Shown in pieces: positions 54,898 through 64,000 of a stretch of DNA of 64,000 nucleotides. The position numbers were made by a program, and so were the translations under genes. Location of the stretch: positions 2,416 through 66,415 of the forward strand of contig JACQDK010000073.1 of NCBI GenBank assembly GCA_016201135.1. The letters run 5' to 3'. Each line of letters opens with the position of its first letter. The first letter of the stretch is position 1. The notes beneath the pieces were generated by a model. The model did no database searches. It was not told the DNA's origin and worked only from the letters and a program-made list of their open reading frames with translations. This DNA is from Actinomycetota bacterium. GTDB taxonomy: Bacteria; Actinomycetota; UBA4738; HRBIN12.

Positions 54898-54914
54898 ATG
54901 AGAATGGTTCTCAT
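54898..54914. promoter_or_regulatory. Zur-box-like perfect palindrome ATGAGAA-TGG-TTCTCAT
   Basis: Read directly, 19 nt upstream of the znuC ATG. AT-rich 7-3-7 inverted repeat. Confidence 0.55.
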
Positions 54915-55082
54915 CATCATTTCCTGAAGCGTACGGCGCCGAGTGGCCCAGCGTCAATCGGATGGCCGCTTCGCGCAGAGCGGGTAGAGGACCTGCGTGA
55001 ACCATCGCACCTCAGCGGCCTCCACGGCCCGGTTCACGGCCCTTGCGGACCGTGAACCGGGCCGTGCCGCAGCCCTTGGCCA

Positions 55083-55427
55083 CTACTCCCCCGACTTCAC
55101 GATCCCGATCACGTTTCCCTCAGGGTCGGCGAACTCCGCGAACACGACCATGCCCATGTCCGTCACAGGTGTCACGGTCTTGCCGCCCGCCTGCTCGATC
55201 TCGGCGAGCTTGGCCTCGAGGTCGGGGACCTCGATCACGATGTTCACCCGGGAAGCTCCCTGCGTTATGCCGCCGCCGATCCCCTTCTCCTGGGCGTTGG
55301 TGTGGACCATCCCGTACCCCATGTTCTCCGGGTCGTGGATCTCCCACCCGAACGCCTTCGCGTAGAACTCGTTCAGAGCGGTCGGGTTGCTCCCGTAGAT
55401 CTCGAAGTGCACGACGGGGTTGCCCAC
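55083..55427 (-). CDS. VOC-family (glyoxalase/bleomycin-resistance fold) protein
   Basis: HFEIYGSNP...GGKTVTPVTDMGMVVFAEFADPEGNVIG. Confidence 0.75.
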   Translation of the reverse strand: MGNPVVHFEIYGSNPTALNEFYAKAFGWEIHDPENMGYGMVHTNAQEKGIGGGITQGASRVNIVIEVPDLEAKLAEIEQAGGKTVTPVTDMGMVVFAEFADPEGNVIGIVKSGE

Positions 55428-55428
55428 G

Positions 55429-55920
55429 TCACATCCCTCCTTCCGTCTCGACCCAGGGATCGGGCCCCGGGTCTCGTCCCTCCGCGGCCTCCACCAGGCG
55501 CGGCAAGAAGTGCTCCCAGCCCTCGGCGTGACCAGGCCCTGCGGCCTCGGGCAGGTCGCGGTGGGTCAGCGTCACGACGGTCTCATCGCCCTCGGGCGTG
55601 AGCGTGATCTCCACGGTGCTGGAGCCGGGCGGCACGTTCGGGTCGCCCTCCCAGCCCCACGTGAAGACGACTCGCCGAGGCGGCTCCACCAGGACGTACT
55701 CGCCCGCGACCACGGCCTTTCCCGTCACGTTCACCCGGTACTTCCCACCGGGCTTCGGCTCGAGCGTGGCCTCGACCCCCTTCCACCTCATCATCTTCTC
55801 CGGATCGACGAGGAAGCCGAAGATCGTCTCCGGCGTCGCCTTGATCCGGACCTCACGCGTGACGACGACGGTCCCCTGCGCTTGCACGGGCCTTCCTCCT
55901 CTCCTCTTTCTCCGCTGCAC
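55429..55920 (-). CDS. SRPBCC-domain protein (AHSA1-like)
   Basis: IKATPETIFGFLVDPEKMMRW...VVFTWGW. Confidence 0.65.
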   Translation of the reverse strand: MQRRKRRGGRPVQAQGTVVVTREVRIKATPETIFGFLVDPEKMMRWKGVEATLEPKPGGKYRVNVTGKAVVAGEYVLVEPPRRVVFTWGWEGDPNVPPGSSTVEITLTPEGDETVVTLTHRDLPEAAGPGHAEGWEHFLPRLVEAAEGRDPGPDPWVETEGGM

Positions 55921-56194
55921 GCTTCAGCGCGGAGAGGTTCTCCTCCCAGAAGCCCTCCAGGAACTCCCGGAGCTCCTCGAGGCCCTCGGGGTGGGCGCGG
56001 TAGTAGCGCCTGGTGCCCTCCCTCCGCTCGAAGATCAAGTCGGCCTCCTTCAGGACGCGGAGGTGCTGCGAGATCGCTGGCCGGCTGACGTCGAAGTGGG
56101 CGGCTATGTCGCCGGCCGAGCGCTCGGCGTCCCAGACGAGACGCAGGATCTCCCGACGGCGGGGCTCGGCGATCGCCTTCAGCGCGGCTTCCAC
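55853..56194 (-). CDS. ArsR/SmtB-family transcriptional regulator
   Basis: RRREILRLVWDAERSAGDIAAHFDVSRPAISQHLRVLKEADLI. Typical partner of SRPBCC genes. Confidence 0.7.
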   Translation of the reverse strand: MEAALKAIAEPRRREILRLVWDAERSAGDIAAHFDVSRPAISQHLRVLKEADLIFERREGTRRYYRAHPEGLEELREFLEGFWEENLSALKRAAEKEERRKARASAGDRRRHA

Positions 56195-56326
56195 GGTCAG
56201 ATATTTAAGGCTTAGCTTACGTAAGTGTCAACTTAAGGATTCTTGCCCCGCGGGTGCCCACGTGCGCGGGCTTGACCCGCGGGGCTTCCCGCGCGCTAGC
56301 CCCACGGGCTACGCTCCGAAGGGAAG

Positions 56327-56692
56327 ATGGCGACCGTCCGGGAGATCATGAGCACGGAGCTCGTCTCCGTCGAGACCACCTCGACGGTGGCCGAGGCCGC
56401 GACCGTCATGGGCGGACGTCACGTGGGCTCCGCCCTCGTGATGGAGGGCGGCCGGCTCGCCGGCATCTTCACGGAGCGAGACATCCTCAGGGCACTCGCG
56501 TCGGACTTCGACGCGGCGCACCACGGCGTGGCCCAGTGGATGACGAGCGGGCCGGTGAGCGTGTCTCCTGACACGCCCATCTCCGAGGCGCGCGACCTGA
56601 TGCTCGCGCAGGGCTTCCGGCACCTTCCCGTCGTCGAGGACGGCCGGGTGCTGGGGATCGTGTCGCTGCGCGACGTCACCGCTCGCGACTAG
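56327..56692 (+). CDS. CBS-pair domain protein
   Basis: Two CBS motifs (ALVMEGGRLAGIFTERDILRA; HLPVVEDGRVLGIVSLRDV). Confidence 0.75.
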   Translation: MATVREIMSTELVSVETTSTVAEAATVMGGRHVGSALVMEGGRLAGIFTERDILRALASDFDAAHHGVAQWMTSGPVSVSPDTPISEARDLMLAQGFRHLPVVEDGRVLGIVSLRDVTARD

Positions 56693-56904
56693 AACCCGGC
56701 CTTACCGCTCCGATCGGGCAGCGCGTCGGCGACCTCCTTCAGGGCCTTGAACACCTCGCGGAACACCTCGGCCACGAACGGGGGAGGCTGGCTGCCCGCG
56801 CCCCCCACCGCGCCCCGTAGGGCCGAAGCCGTGAGCTCCACGGACTTCTCGAACACCATCCAGTCGTGCTCGCGCGACATCTGAACCTCCATCCGATCCC
56901 CCAA
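56689..56904 (-). CDS. small hypothetical protein
   Basis: 71-aa ORF. Weak support. Confidence 0.3.
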   Translation of the reverse strand: MGDRMEVQMSREHDWMVFEKSVELTASALRGAVGGAGSQPPPFVAEVFREVFKALKEVADALPDRSGKAGF

Positions 56905-56987
56905 GCTCGATCCGTGACGACAGGCTACCGGACCGCCGCAGGTTGACCCGGCGCGGACCCGGCCCGCGTGTTGCGACCCGCGGCGCC

Positions 56988-58151
56988 CTATTCGTAGGCG
57001 CGGAGGCCGGTGAGGGCCTCACCGACGATCAGCGTGTGGATCTCGTTGGTGCCCTCGTACGTGAGGACCGACTCGAGGTTGTTCATGTGGCGGATCACCG
57101 GGTACTCGAGCGTTATGCCCGAGGCACCAAGGATCGAGCGGGCCTCGCGGGCGATCTTCAGGGCTTCCCGCACGTTGTTGAGCTTGCCGTAGCTCACCTG
57201 CTGGGGCTGGAGCCGGCCCTCGTCCTTGAGCCGGCCCAGGTGCAGCGCGAGCAGGAGGCCCTTCTCAAGCTCGACCGACATGGCGGCGAGCTTGCGCTGC
57301 GTGAGCTGGAACGCGCCTATCGGCTTGCCCCACTGCACCCGGGTCTTGGAGTACTCGAGCGCGCACTCGAAGCACGCCCGCGCCGCGCCCAGAGCCCCCC
57401 AGACGATCCCGAAGCGCGCCTCGGTCAGGCACGACAGCGTCCCCTTCATGCCGGTGACGCCCGGCAGGACCGCCTCCTGCGGCAGGCGGACGTCGTCGAG
57501 CACCAGCTCGCTCGTCACGCTCGCGCGGAGCGAGAGCTTGCGGTGGATGTCGTTCGCGGCGAAGCCGGGGGAATCGGTGGGCACCAAGAACCCGCGGATC
57601 CCCTCGCCGGTCTGCGCCCACACGATCGCGAGGTCGGCGATCCCGCCGTTGGTGATCCACATCTTCGTGCCGGACACGATCCAGTCCGAGCCGTCGCGCC
57701 GGGCCGAGGTCCTCATGTTCGCAGGGTCGCTCCCGAAGTCCGGCTCCGTCAGGCCGAAGCAGCCGATCGCCTCGCCGGCCGCCATGCGAGGCAGCCACTC
57801 CTTCTTCTGCTCCTCGCTGCCGTGCTTCCAGATCGGGAACATTGAGAGCGAGCCCTGGACCGAGACGAACGAGCGGAATCCTGAGTCCCCGGCCTCGAGC
57901 TCCAGGCACGCGAGGCCGTAGCTCACCGCGTCCGCGCCCAGGCACCCGTAGCCTGAGAGGTGCATCCCGAGCAGCCCGAGCGCCCCGAGCTCCTTCGCGA
58001 TCTCCTTCGGGAACTCGCCGCGCTCGAACCAACCTTCGATGCCCGGCAGGACGTTCGCGTCGACCCACTCGCGCACGAGGTCGCGGATCTGGCGCTGCTC
58101 GTCCGAGAGCAGACGGTCGACGTCCAGCGGGTCGCGCGGGTCGATCGGCAT
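56988..58151 (-). CDS. acyl-CoA dehydrogenase (glutaryl-CoA dehydrogenase-like)
   Basis: CFGLTEPDFGSDP, WITNGGIADLAIVWA, YEGTNEIHTLIVG. Confidence 0.85.
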   Translation of the reverse strand: MPIDPRDPLDVDRLLSDEQRQIRDLVREWVDANVLPGIEGWFERGEFPKEIAKELGALGLLGMHLSGYGCLGADAVSYGLACLELEAGDSGFRSFVSVQGSLSMFPIWKHGSEEQKKEWLPRMAAGEAIGCFGLTEPDFGSDPANMRTSARRDGSDWIVSGTKMWITNGGIADLAIVWAQTGEGIRGFLVPTDSPGFAANDIHRKLSLRASVTSELVLDDVRLPQEAVLPGVTGMKGTLSCLTEARFGIVWGALGAARACFECALEYSKTRVQWGKPIGAFQLTQRKLAAMSVELEKGLLLALHLGRLKDEGRLQPQQVSYGKLNNVREALKIAREARSILGASGITLEYPVIRHMNNLESVLTYEGTNEIHTLIVGEALTGLRAYE

Positions 58152-58205
58152 CGCCCGAAAGCCTAGCGGGTGGATCGGCCGGTGCGATCGCGGTGCGGGC
58201 GCCGA

Positions 58206-59591
58206 TCAGCCCGGGAGAGGCACCTCCGGCACGCCGGCCATGCTCTCGGCGACGTCCTCCTCGCGGAACTCGACCTCGGGCAGGCGGCCGTTCAGGTAGT
58301 CGTCGTAGGCCTGCATGTCGAAGTTCCCATGGCCCGACAGGCCGAACAGGATCACGCGCTCCTCTCCCGCCTCGCGCGCCGCGATCGCCTCGTCGATCGC
58401 GCCCTTCACGGCATGGGCCGACTCCGGCGCCGGAACGATGCCCTCGGTGTGAGCGAACCTGAGCGCTGCCTCGAACACGGCGTTCTGGGTGTAGGCCGCG
58501 GCCTGCATGTGGCCGTGCTTGACCAGGAGCGAGAGCGACGGCGAGTCGCCGTGGTAGCGAAGGCCCCCGGCGTGCACCGGGGCGGGCACGAACCCATGAC
58601 CGAGCGTGTACATCGGCATCAGCGGGGTCATCTTCCCGGTGTCGGCGAAGTCGTAGCGGAACTCGCCCCTCGTGAGCGTGGGACAGGCCGCGGGCTCGGT
58701 CGCGAGGAACCGCATGTTCGGCGTGACCCCGCGCAGGCGATCTGCCATGAACGGGTAGGCAAGGCCGGCGTAGTTCGACCCGCCACCCACGCAGCCGATC
58801 ACGACGTCGGGCACGTCGCCGGCAAGCTCCATCTGGGCCTTGGCCTCCAGCCCGATCACCGTCTGGTGCAGCAGCACGTGGTTCAGCACCGAGCCGAGCG
58901 AGTACCGCACGGCCCCGCCAGAGGTCGCCGCCACCTCGACGGCCTCGCTGATCGCGATGCCGAGCGAGCCGGTGGAGTCCGGGTGGGCCTCGAGGACCGC
59001 CTTGCCCGCCTGCGTGGTGGCAGAGGGCGAGGGGATCACCTCTGCGCCGAAGGTCTCCATGAAGATCCGCCGATAGGGCTTCTGCTCGTACGAGGCCTTC
59101 ACCATGAAGACCTGGCAGTCGATCCCGAAGAACTTGCACGCCATCGAGAGCGCGGAGCCCCACTGGCCCGCGCCGGTCTCGGTCGCGATGCGCTTGGTGC
59201 CGGCCTCCTTGTTGTAGTAGGCCTGCGCGACCGCGGTGTTCGGCTTGTGCGATCCGGCCGGCGAGACTCCCTCGTACTTGAAGTAGATCCGCGCCGGCGT
59301 CCCCAGCGCCTGCTCCAGGCGGGCCGCGCGGTGAAGCGGCGAGGGCCTCCACAGGCGGTAGACGTCGAGCACGCCGCCCGGGATGTCGATCCACTCGTCG
59401 GTGGAGACCTCCTGCATGATCAGCGACTCGGGGAAGAGCGCCGAAAGCAGGTCGGGCGTGACCGGCTCGAGGGTGCCCGGGTGAAGGGGCGGCAGCGCCT
59501 GGATCCCGGAGCCGGCGATCGCCGGCATCAGGTTGAACCACGCGGTGGGGAGCTGCTCCTGAGTGAGGTCGAAGCGGGTGCGGTCGCTCAT
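58206..59591 (-). CDS. TrpB-like pyridoxal-phosphate-dependent enzyme (tryptophan synthase beta-like, TrpB2 type)
   Basis: [21 protein letters not shown]-lysine region, [12 protein letters not shown]. Confidence 0.85.
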   Translation of the reverse strand: MSDRTRFDLTQEQLPTAWFNLMPAIAGSGIQALPPLHPGTLEPVTPDLLSALFPESLIMQEVSTDEWIDIPGGVLDVYRLWRPSPLHRAARLEQALGTPARIYFKYEGVSPAGSHKPNTAVAQAYYNKEAGTKRIATETGAGQWGSALSMACKFFGIDCQVFMVKASYEQKPYRRIFMETFGAEVIPSPSATTQAGKAVLEAHPDSTGSLGIAISEAVEVAATSGGAVRYSLGSVLNHVLLHQTVIGLEAKAQMELAGDVPDVVIGCVGGGSNYAGLAYPFMADRLRGVTPNMRFLATEPAACPTLTRGEFRYDFADTGKMTPLMPMYTLGHGFVPAPVHAGGLRYHGDSPSLSLLVKHGHMQAAAYTQNAVFEAALRFAHTEGIVPAPESAHAVKGAIDEAIAAREAGEERVILFGLSGHGNFDMQAYDDYLNGRLPEVEFREEDVAESMAGVPEVPLPG

Positions 59592-59648
59592 GGGAAGGCC
59601 CTCCTGGGATGGTGAGGGCGCGAGCCTACCGGGAAGCCGGACCGCTGG

Positions 59649-60973
59649 CTAGACCCCGTGATCGTCTGCCGACAGGTGCCAGCGGCGCGGCGCGATCAGG
59701 GCATCGGCCTCCGGCGGCCCCCAGGAACCGAAACCGTAAGGGACCACCTGCCCCGGATGATCGAGCACGGGCTCCAATACCTCCCAGGCCCGCTCCACGC
59801 CGTCCTGGCGGATGAAGAGGGTGCGGTCGCCTCGCATCACCTCGAGGAGGAGCGTCTCGTAGGCCTCCATCAGCCCGGAGCCGAACTCCTCCTCGTAGTC
59901 GAAGTCCATCGTGACCCGGCCGAGCTCGAGCCCGAGCCCGGGTCGCTTCGCGTTCATCGCGATCGTGATCCCCTCGTTCGGCTGGATGCGGATCGTGAGG
60001 TGGTCCCTCCGGGGCAGACCCGCCTCGGTGCCGCGGAAGACGTTGAAGGGAACCTTCCGAAACTTGAGGGTGATCTCGGATGCCTTGGCGCCCAGACCCT
60101 TGCCCGTGCGCAGGAAGAAAGGCACCCCGGCCCAGCGCCAGTTGTCGATCTCGAGCTCGAGCGCCGCGAAGGTCTCGACGTTCGAGTCGCCGGAAACCCC
60201 TTGCTCCTGCCGGTATCCCTCGTACTGCCCCCGGACCAGTCGTGCGGGATCGCACAGCTGCGCCGCGCGGAGCACCTTGACGGTCTCGTCGCGCAGCCGG
60301 TCCGGCTCGAACGAGACCGGCGGCTCCATCGCGAGGAACGTCAGCATCTGGAAGAGGTGCGTCGAGACCATGTCTCGGATCGTGCCGGTCTGCTCGTAGA
60401 ACGCGCCGCGGCCCTCGATGCCTATCGACTCCGCCACCGTGATCTGAACGTGGTCGAATCGAACACCTCGTGGATCTGGGCGTTCAGCTCGCGCGCCGTC
60501 GCCGTGTCCCGGCCGAACGGCTTCTCGAAGACGATCCGCGAACCCTCGGCCAGCCCGGTCTCCCCGATCCGCGCCACGATGTCGGGGTAAGCGGCCGGAG
60601 GCGTGGCGGCGTAGAAGAGCCGGTTGCCCGACGTGCCGTGCCGGGCATCGGTCTCCTCCAGCACCGCGACGATGTGGTCCATGGCTCCGGGGTCGGAGAA
60701 CTCCCCCGGCACGTACCTCAGGCGCCGGGAGAACTCCGCCCACGCCTCGGCCTCGGGCGCCCCCCGGCCGAACGTGCGCAGGTCCTCGTGCGCCGCCTCG
60801 CGGAACCCGTCGTCGCTCTCGGCGGTGCGCGAGTACCCGATGATCGAGAACCCGTCTGCCAGCAGTCCCTCCAGGAAAAGGTTGTAGAAGGCCGGTAGCA
60901 GCTTGCGCCGGGTGAGGTCGCCGGAGGCGCCGAAGATCACGATCGCCTGGGGCGGCACCTTGGGGGCGGCCAT
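59649..60973 (-). pseudogene. second glucose-6-phosphate dehydrogenase copy, disrupted by an internal ~40-codon out-of-frame deletion
   Basis: N-terminal part (60422..60973 frame: AIVIFGASGDLTRRKLLPAFYNL...EKPFGRD...EVFDSTTFRSRWRSR*) and C-terminal part (59649.. frame: RFDHVQITVAESIGIEGRG...) are in different frames. The RIDHYLGKE region present in the 14768..16288 copy is missing at the junction (~60430-60470). Confidence 0.6.
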
Positions 60974-61308
60974 CAGCCCTCCCCGGCCGGCTCGGTCGTG
61001 ACCTCGATCCAGCCGCCTTCCTCTCGTGCGACGAACACCGGCAGGGGATCCGCGGCCGGGCCCTCGACGGGCTCGCCCGTCTCCACGTCGAAGACGCTCG
61101 CGTGACAGGGACATTCCACGGTGGCCTTCCTGTCGTCGAGCTTGCCCTCGGCCAGGGAGCATCCCGAGTGCGTGCACTCGTCACCGAACGCGAAGAGCCG
61201 GTGCTCGATGTGAGCGATTGCGACGCGACCCGAAGGCGTGTCGTAGGCGCGAACCTCGCCCTCGGGGATCTCGGCGAGCGCCGCGATCCGGATGAACTCC
61301 ACGGGCAC
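60973..61308 (-). CDS. Rieske [2Fe-2S] domain protein
   Basis: CTHSGCS...CPCH ligand pattern. Stop overlaps the zwf-like ATG (ATGA). Confidence 0.7.
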   Translation of the reverse strand: MPVEFIRIAALAEIPEGEVRAYDTPSGRVAIAHIEHRLFAFGDECTHSGCSLAEGKLDDRKATVECPCHASVFDVETGEPVEGPAADPLPVFVAREEGGWIEVTTEPAGEG

Positions 61309-61374
61309 CTCCCGGCGGGACGGACCCCTAACGGTACCCTTCCCGGCGCCATCGGGCGGCGAGGTCTGGGCCGG

Positions 61375-62037
61375 TCAGGCGGGTCGGTGCAGCGCCGACC
61401 AACCTCGCTGGAGCGCCGTGATCCCACCGAGCGCCGCGAGCAACACGAGAGCCGGCAGCATGGCCCCCGGCACGGCGAGGCCCAGGATCAGGGCTATGAA
61501 CCGCTCGAGCCTCTGGAAGAGCCCCTCCGAGAGCGCCATGCCCGCGGCCTCTGCCTCGGCGCGGACGTGGCTCACCAGCAGGCTCACCACCAGCGTCGCC
61601 AGCGCGAGCGCGGCTTCGAGCTCGCGGCCAGTTCCGGCCAGGTACCAGAACAGGCAGGAGAACAGGATCGTGTCCGATACCCGGTCGAGCACGGAGTCCA
61701 GGAACGCTCCAGATCGCTTCGACTCGCCCCGGTGACGCGCGACCGAGCCGTCGAACACGTCGGCCATGCCGGCGCCGAGCAGCAGCACCGCGGCCGCGAA
61801 CCAGTTGCCCTCGAGGATCTGCCACCCGGTGAGCACGTTGAGGAGCAACGAGATCAGGGTGAGCTGCCATGCGCGGACGCCCGTCCAAAGGAGGAGGGCG
61901 AGGAGCGCCCGGTAGGGCCAGGCGAAGAGCCGCTGCATCGTTCCGCCGGTCGCGCTCTCGCTCCTCCGCGGGGCCGGCATGTCGCGGACCCGTGGCAGCT
62001 CGCGCTCCTCGTGACCGGGTCCGGTCGCGTCGCTCAT
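61375..62037 (-). CDS. CDP-alcohol phosphatidyltransferase
   Basis: DVFDGSVARHRGESKRSGAFLDSVLDRVSD (D-x2-DG-x2-AR...G-x3-D-x3-D). Confidence 0.75.
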   Translation of the reverse strand: MSDATGPGHEERELPRVRDMPAPRRSESATGGTMQRLFAWPYRALLALLLWTGVRAWQLTLISLLLNVLTGWQILEGNWFAAAVLLLGAGMADVFDGSVARHRGESKRSGAFLDSVLDRVSDTILFSCLFWYLAGTGRELEAALALATLVVSLLVSHVRAEAEAAGMALSEGLFQRLERFIALILGLAVPGAMLPALVLLAALGGITALQRGWSALHRPA

Positions 62038-62044
62038 CGGAGCC

Positions 62045-62587
62045 TCACCCGGTCGCGCGGGGCTCGAAACCGACCACCACGTAGCGGAAGCTGCCGCCGG
62101 GCGCCTCGTACAGGACCTCGTCGCCGACGGCGGCGCCCAGCAGGGCCGAGCCGAGGGGCGAGGACGTGGTTATCGTGCGCGCGTTCGGAGCCCTCTCCTC
62201 CGCGTGCTCGGCGAGCAGGTAGGCCTCGTCGTCTGGATCGTCCTCGTCGAGCGGGCGGATCGTCACAAGCATGCCTGGGCCGACCGCATCCGCCGCCGCC
62301 GGCGCCTCGACGATGTCGGGGTCCCGCAGCATGTGCTGGAGCTTGCGGATCCTGGACTCCATCAATCCCTGCTCGTTCTTCGCGGCGTCGTACTCCGCGT
62401 TCTCGCGGATGTCGCCGTGCTCGCGAGCCGCCTTCAGGCGCTCGGAGATGTGCTGGCGGCCCGCGGTGGTGAGCTCATCGAGCTCGGCCTTCAGCCGCAG
62501 ATAGGCGTCGAGCGTGAGCGTGGCCGTCGGGTCGTGGCCGGGCTTTCGTTCCGGACGGTTCCGCAGCTCTTCGGGCAGATCCACCAT
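62045..62587 (-). CDS. greA: transcription elongation factor GreA
   Basis: N-terminal coiled coil (AAREHGDIRENAEYDAAK) plus C-terminal FKBP-like domain. Confidence 0.85.
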   Translation of the reverse strand: MVDLPEELRNRPERKPGHDPTATLTLDAYLRLKAELDELTTAGRQHISERLKAAREHGDIRENAEYDAAKNEQGLMESRIRKLQHMLRDPDIVEAPAAADAVGPGMLVTIRPLDEDDPDDEAYLLAEHAEERAPNARTITTSSPLGSALLGAAVGDEVLYEAPGGSFRYVVVGFEPRATG

Positions 62588-62810
62588 GATCGCGAGTGTA
62601 CCCAGGCGCCGGGGCGCGACGCGCGGGGGCGATCCGCCCGGCCGATGCTAAAGGTCGCCGCGGGCATGCCGAACCCCTCAGGAGGAAGGGCGCCCAGAGC
62701 GCCCTCCCGGTTCCGGAGGTCCGGCGGCGCCGGAAGAGAGACCACCAGGTCTCCGGATCCCATGGGAAGGACCGGGCAAAGAGCCCGGAGTCGAAGGGAG
62801 GGCCTTCGCC

Positions 62811-64000
62811 ATGTTCCGTTCGATCCCCGGCGCGCTCCGCCGCGCCATCATCCTCGTGACGGTCGGGGCGCTCTCGACCGTCCTCGCCGCTCCCGCAGCG
62901 ATGGCAGCCGGCGGCTCCCCGACCGCGCCCGAGCGGGCGATCACCCTCGCGAGCCCGGGGGTGGTGTTCCTCGACACGGCCGTGTCGGTGAAGGTCGTGC
63001 TCACGTACTCGAAGTCCAGCAACCTGTCGGGTCTCGGGCACGCGAACGGGCGGTACTCGTTCGACTACGCGACCGGAAGCGGGTTCGTCGTGAACCCCGA
63101 CGGCGTCGTCGTGACGGCCAGCCACGTCGTCGAGCCCGACGAGCAACAGATGCGGAACTACGCCGCGAACCAGCTCATCCTGAAGGGGCTCGGTTACAGC
63201 TACCCGGGAAACGGCAGCCCGTTCGAGCAGTACACGCTGCCGGTGAGCTTCTTCAACGTCTTGCTGCAGCAGTGCTACAAGGGCGTCGTGTGCGACTTCA
63301 CGATCACGCCCAGCGTGACCGTGTACTCCGCGGTCGACATCGCACAGACCCAGCTGCCGAGCGGCGCGCCGGCACGGATCCTCACCTCGACCGGGTTCCA
63401 GAACACGGACGTGGCGGTGCTCCAGGTCAACGGTTCGAACATGCCCACGGTGCCGCTCGCAGGGACCGCGGCGGACCTCACCAGCGGCGACGAGATCACG
63501 GCGCTCGGATTCCCCGGCTCATCGCGGGACGCTCTCGAGACGGGCGTCACGCAGCCGACGAAGGTCTTCGGCCACGTGAGCGACATCCGGCCCCAGGGCA
63601 CGAGCGACCTCATCGAGGTGGACGCGAACATCCAGCCCGGCATGAGCGGCGGTCCGGTGATCGACGCCCGGGGTGATGTGGTCGGGCTCGTCTCGTTCGC
63701 CCTCCTACAGTCGAGCGGAGCGGCAGGCTCGAAGTACCTGCGCACCGTGGACGACATCAAGGCCGCCCTGTCGGCCGCCGGCGTCACGGCCGCTCGCGGG
63801 CCAACGGACACCGCCTTCTCGAAGGCGATGAACCTGTTCTGGGCCCATCACTACACGGCCTCGATCCCCGAGTTGAATCGGGTGCTGGGCCTGTACGACG
63901 GACAACCCCTCGCGAAGGAGTACCTGGCCCAGGCGGAGGCCAAGCGTGGAACGGTGGCCGACGTCCCGCTCGCCTCGGGCGGAGGGTTCCCGATCTGGAT
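62811..64000 (+). CDS. secreted trypsin-like serine protease (S1 family), 3' end beyond window
   Basis: GGAGG RBS plus ATG at 62811, signal peptide. Catalytic His (TASHVV), Asp (DVAVLQV) and Ser (GMSGGPV) regions. No stop before the window end. Confidence 0.7.
   Translation, partial: MFRSIPGALRRAIILVTVGALSTVLAAPAAMAAGGSPTAPERAITLASPGVVFLDTAVSVKVVLTYSKSSNLSGLGHANGRYSFDYATGSGFVVNPDGVVVTASHVVEPDEQQMRNYAANQLILKGLGYSYPGNGSPFEQYTLPVSFFNVLLQQCYKGVVCDFTITPSVTVYSAVDIAQTQLPSGAPARILTSTGFQNTDVAVLQVNGSNMPTVPLAGTAADLTSGDEITALGFPGSSRDALETGVTQPTKVFGHVSDIRPQGTSDLIEVDANIQPGMSGGPVIDARGDVVGLVSFALLQSSGAAGSKYLRTVDDIKAALSAAGVTAARGPTDTAFSKAMNLFWAHHYTASIPELNRVLGLYDGQPLAKEYLAQAEAKRGTVADVPLASGGGFPIW

Noticed and set aside
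1-64000. tRNA, rRNA and CRISPR arrays
   Set aside because: No T-arm-like GGTTCGAATCC/GGTTCAAATCC cores with matching acceptor stems were seen, no rRNA-like conserved stretches, and no regularly spaced direct repeats.

Overview
Very GC-rich (by eye roughly two-thirds to 70% G+C), gene-dense segment with actinobacterial-style coding. Many genes are joined by 4-nt ATGA/GTGA start-stop overlaps.

Most of the window is ordinary chromosome: glycogen debranching enzyme, a principal sigma-70 factor, GreA, zur-znuBC, acyl-CoA dehydrogenase, a TrpB-like enzyme, MFS and DMT transporters, peptidases, WS/DGAT and a sensor histidine kinase.

Three parts look accessory or decayed:
- 1-4.8 kb: a 790-aa primase-polymerase/DEAH-helicase fusion gene, architecturally like defence/conflict-system proteins (TOTE-like, recalled from memory). 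It sits beside an IS3-family remnant, has a nested TTCACA/TGTGAA operator downstream, and a rhodanese-CBS gene with an in-frame TGA nearby.
- 11-23.5 kb: a heavy-metal and thiol-redox island.
  - A mer operon (ArsR-type regulator, merB, merA) carries two extra uncharacterised genes; a zwf gene lies directly upstream, and a perfect palindromic operator candidate sits in the promoter.
  - A cluster of two TlpA-like redoxins, CcdA and several Cys-pair (CCxxP/CxxC) membrane proteins lies downstream of a BlaI/CopY-family regulator and a BlaR1-like peptidase.
  - A second small locus holds a paralog of the unknown small protein from the mer operon, a Cys-rich GMTCxxC protein and a membrane protein. 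It is bracketed by four copies of a CTACTACG-N4-CGTAGTAG palindrome.
- 26.3-29.1 kb: a decayed stretch with a phosphatase remnant, a LuxR-HTH fragment and an IS-HTH fragment.

Other notes:
- A 60-80 nt hairpin repeat occurs twice (near 3.7 kb and 27.7 kb).
- A second zwf copy carries an internal deletion.
- A three-member ELPE-repeat protein family is present.
- No tRNA, rRNA or CRISPR array was seen.

All domain calls come from reading the translations; no database search was possible.
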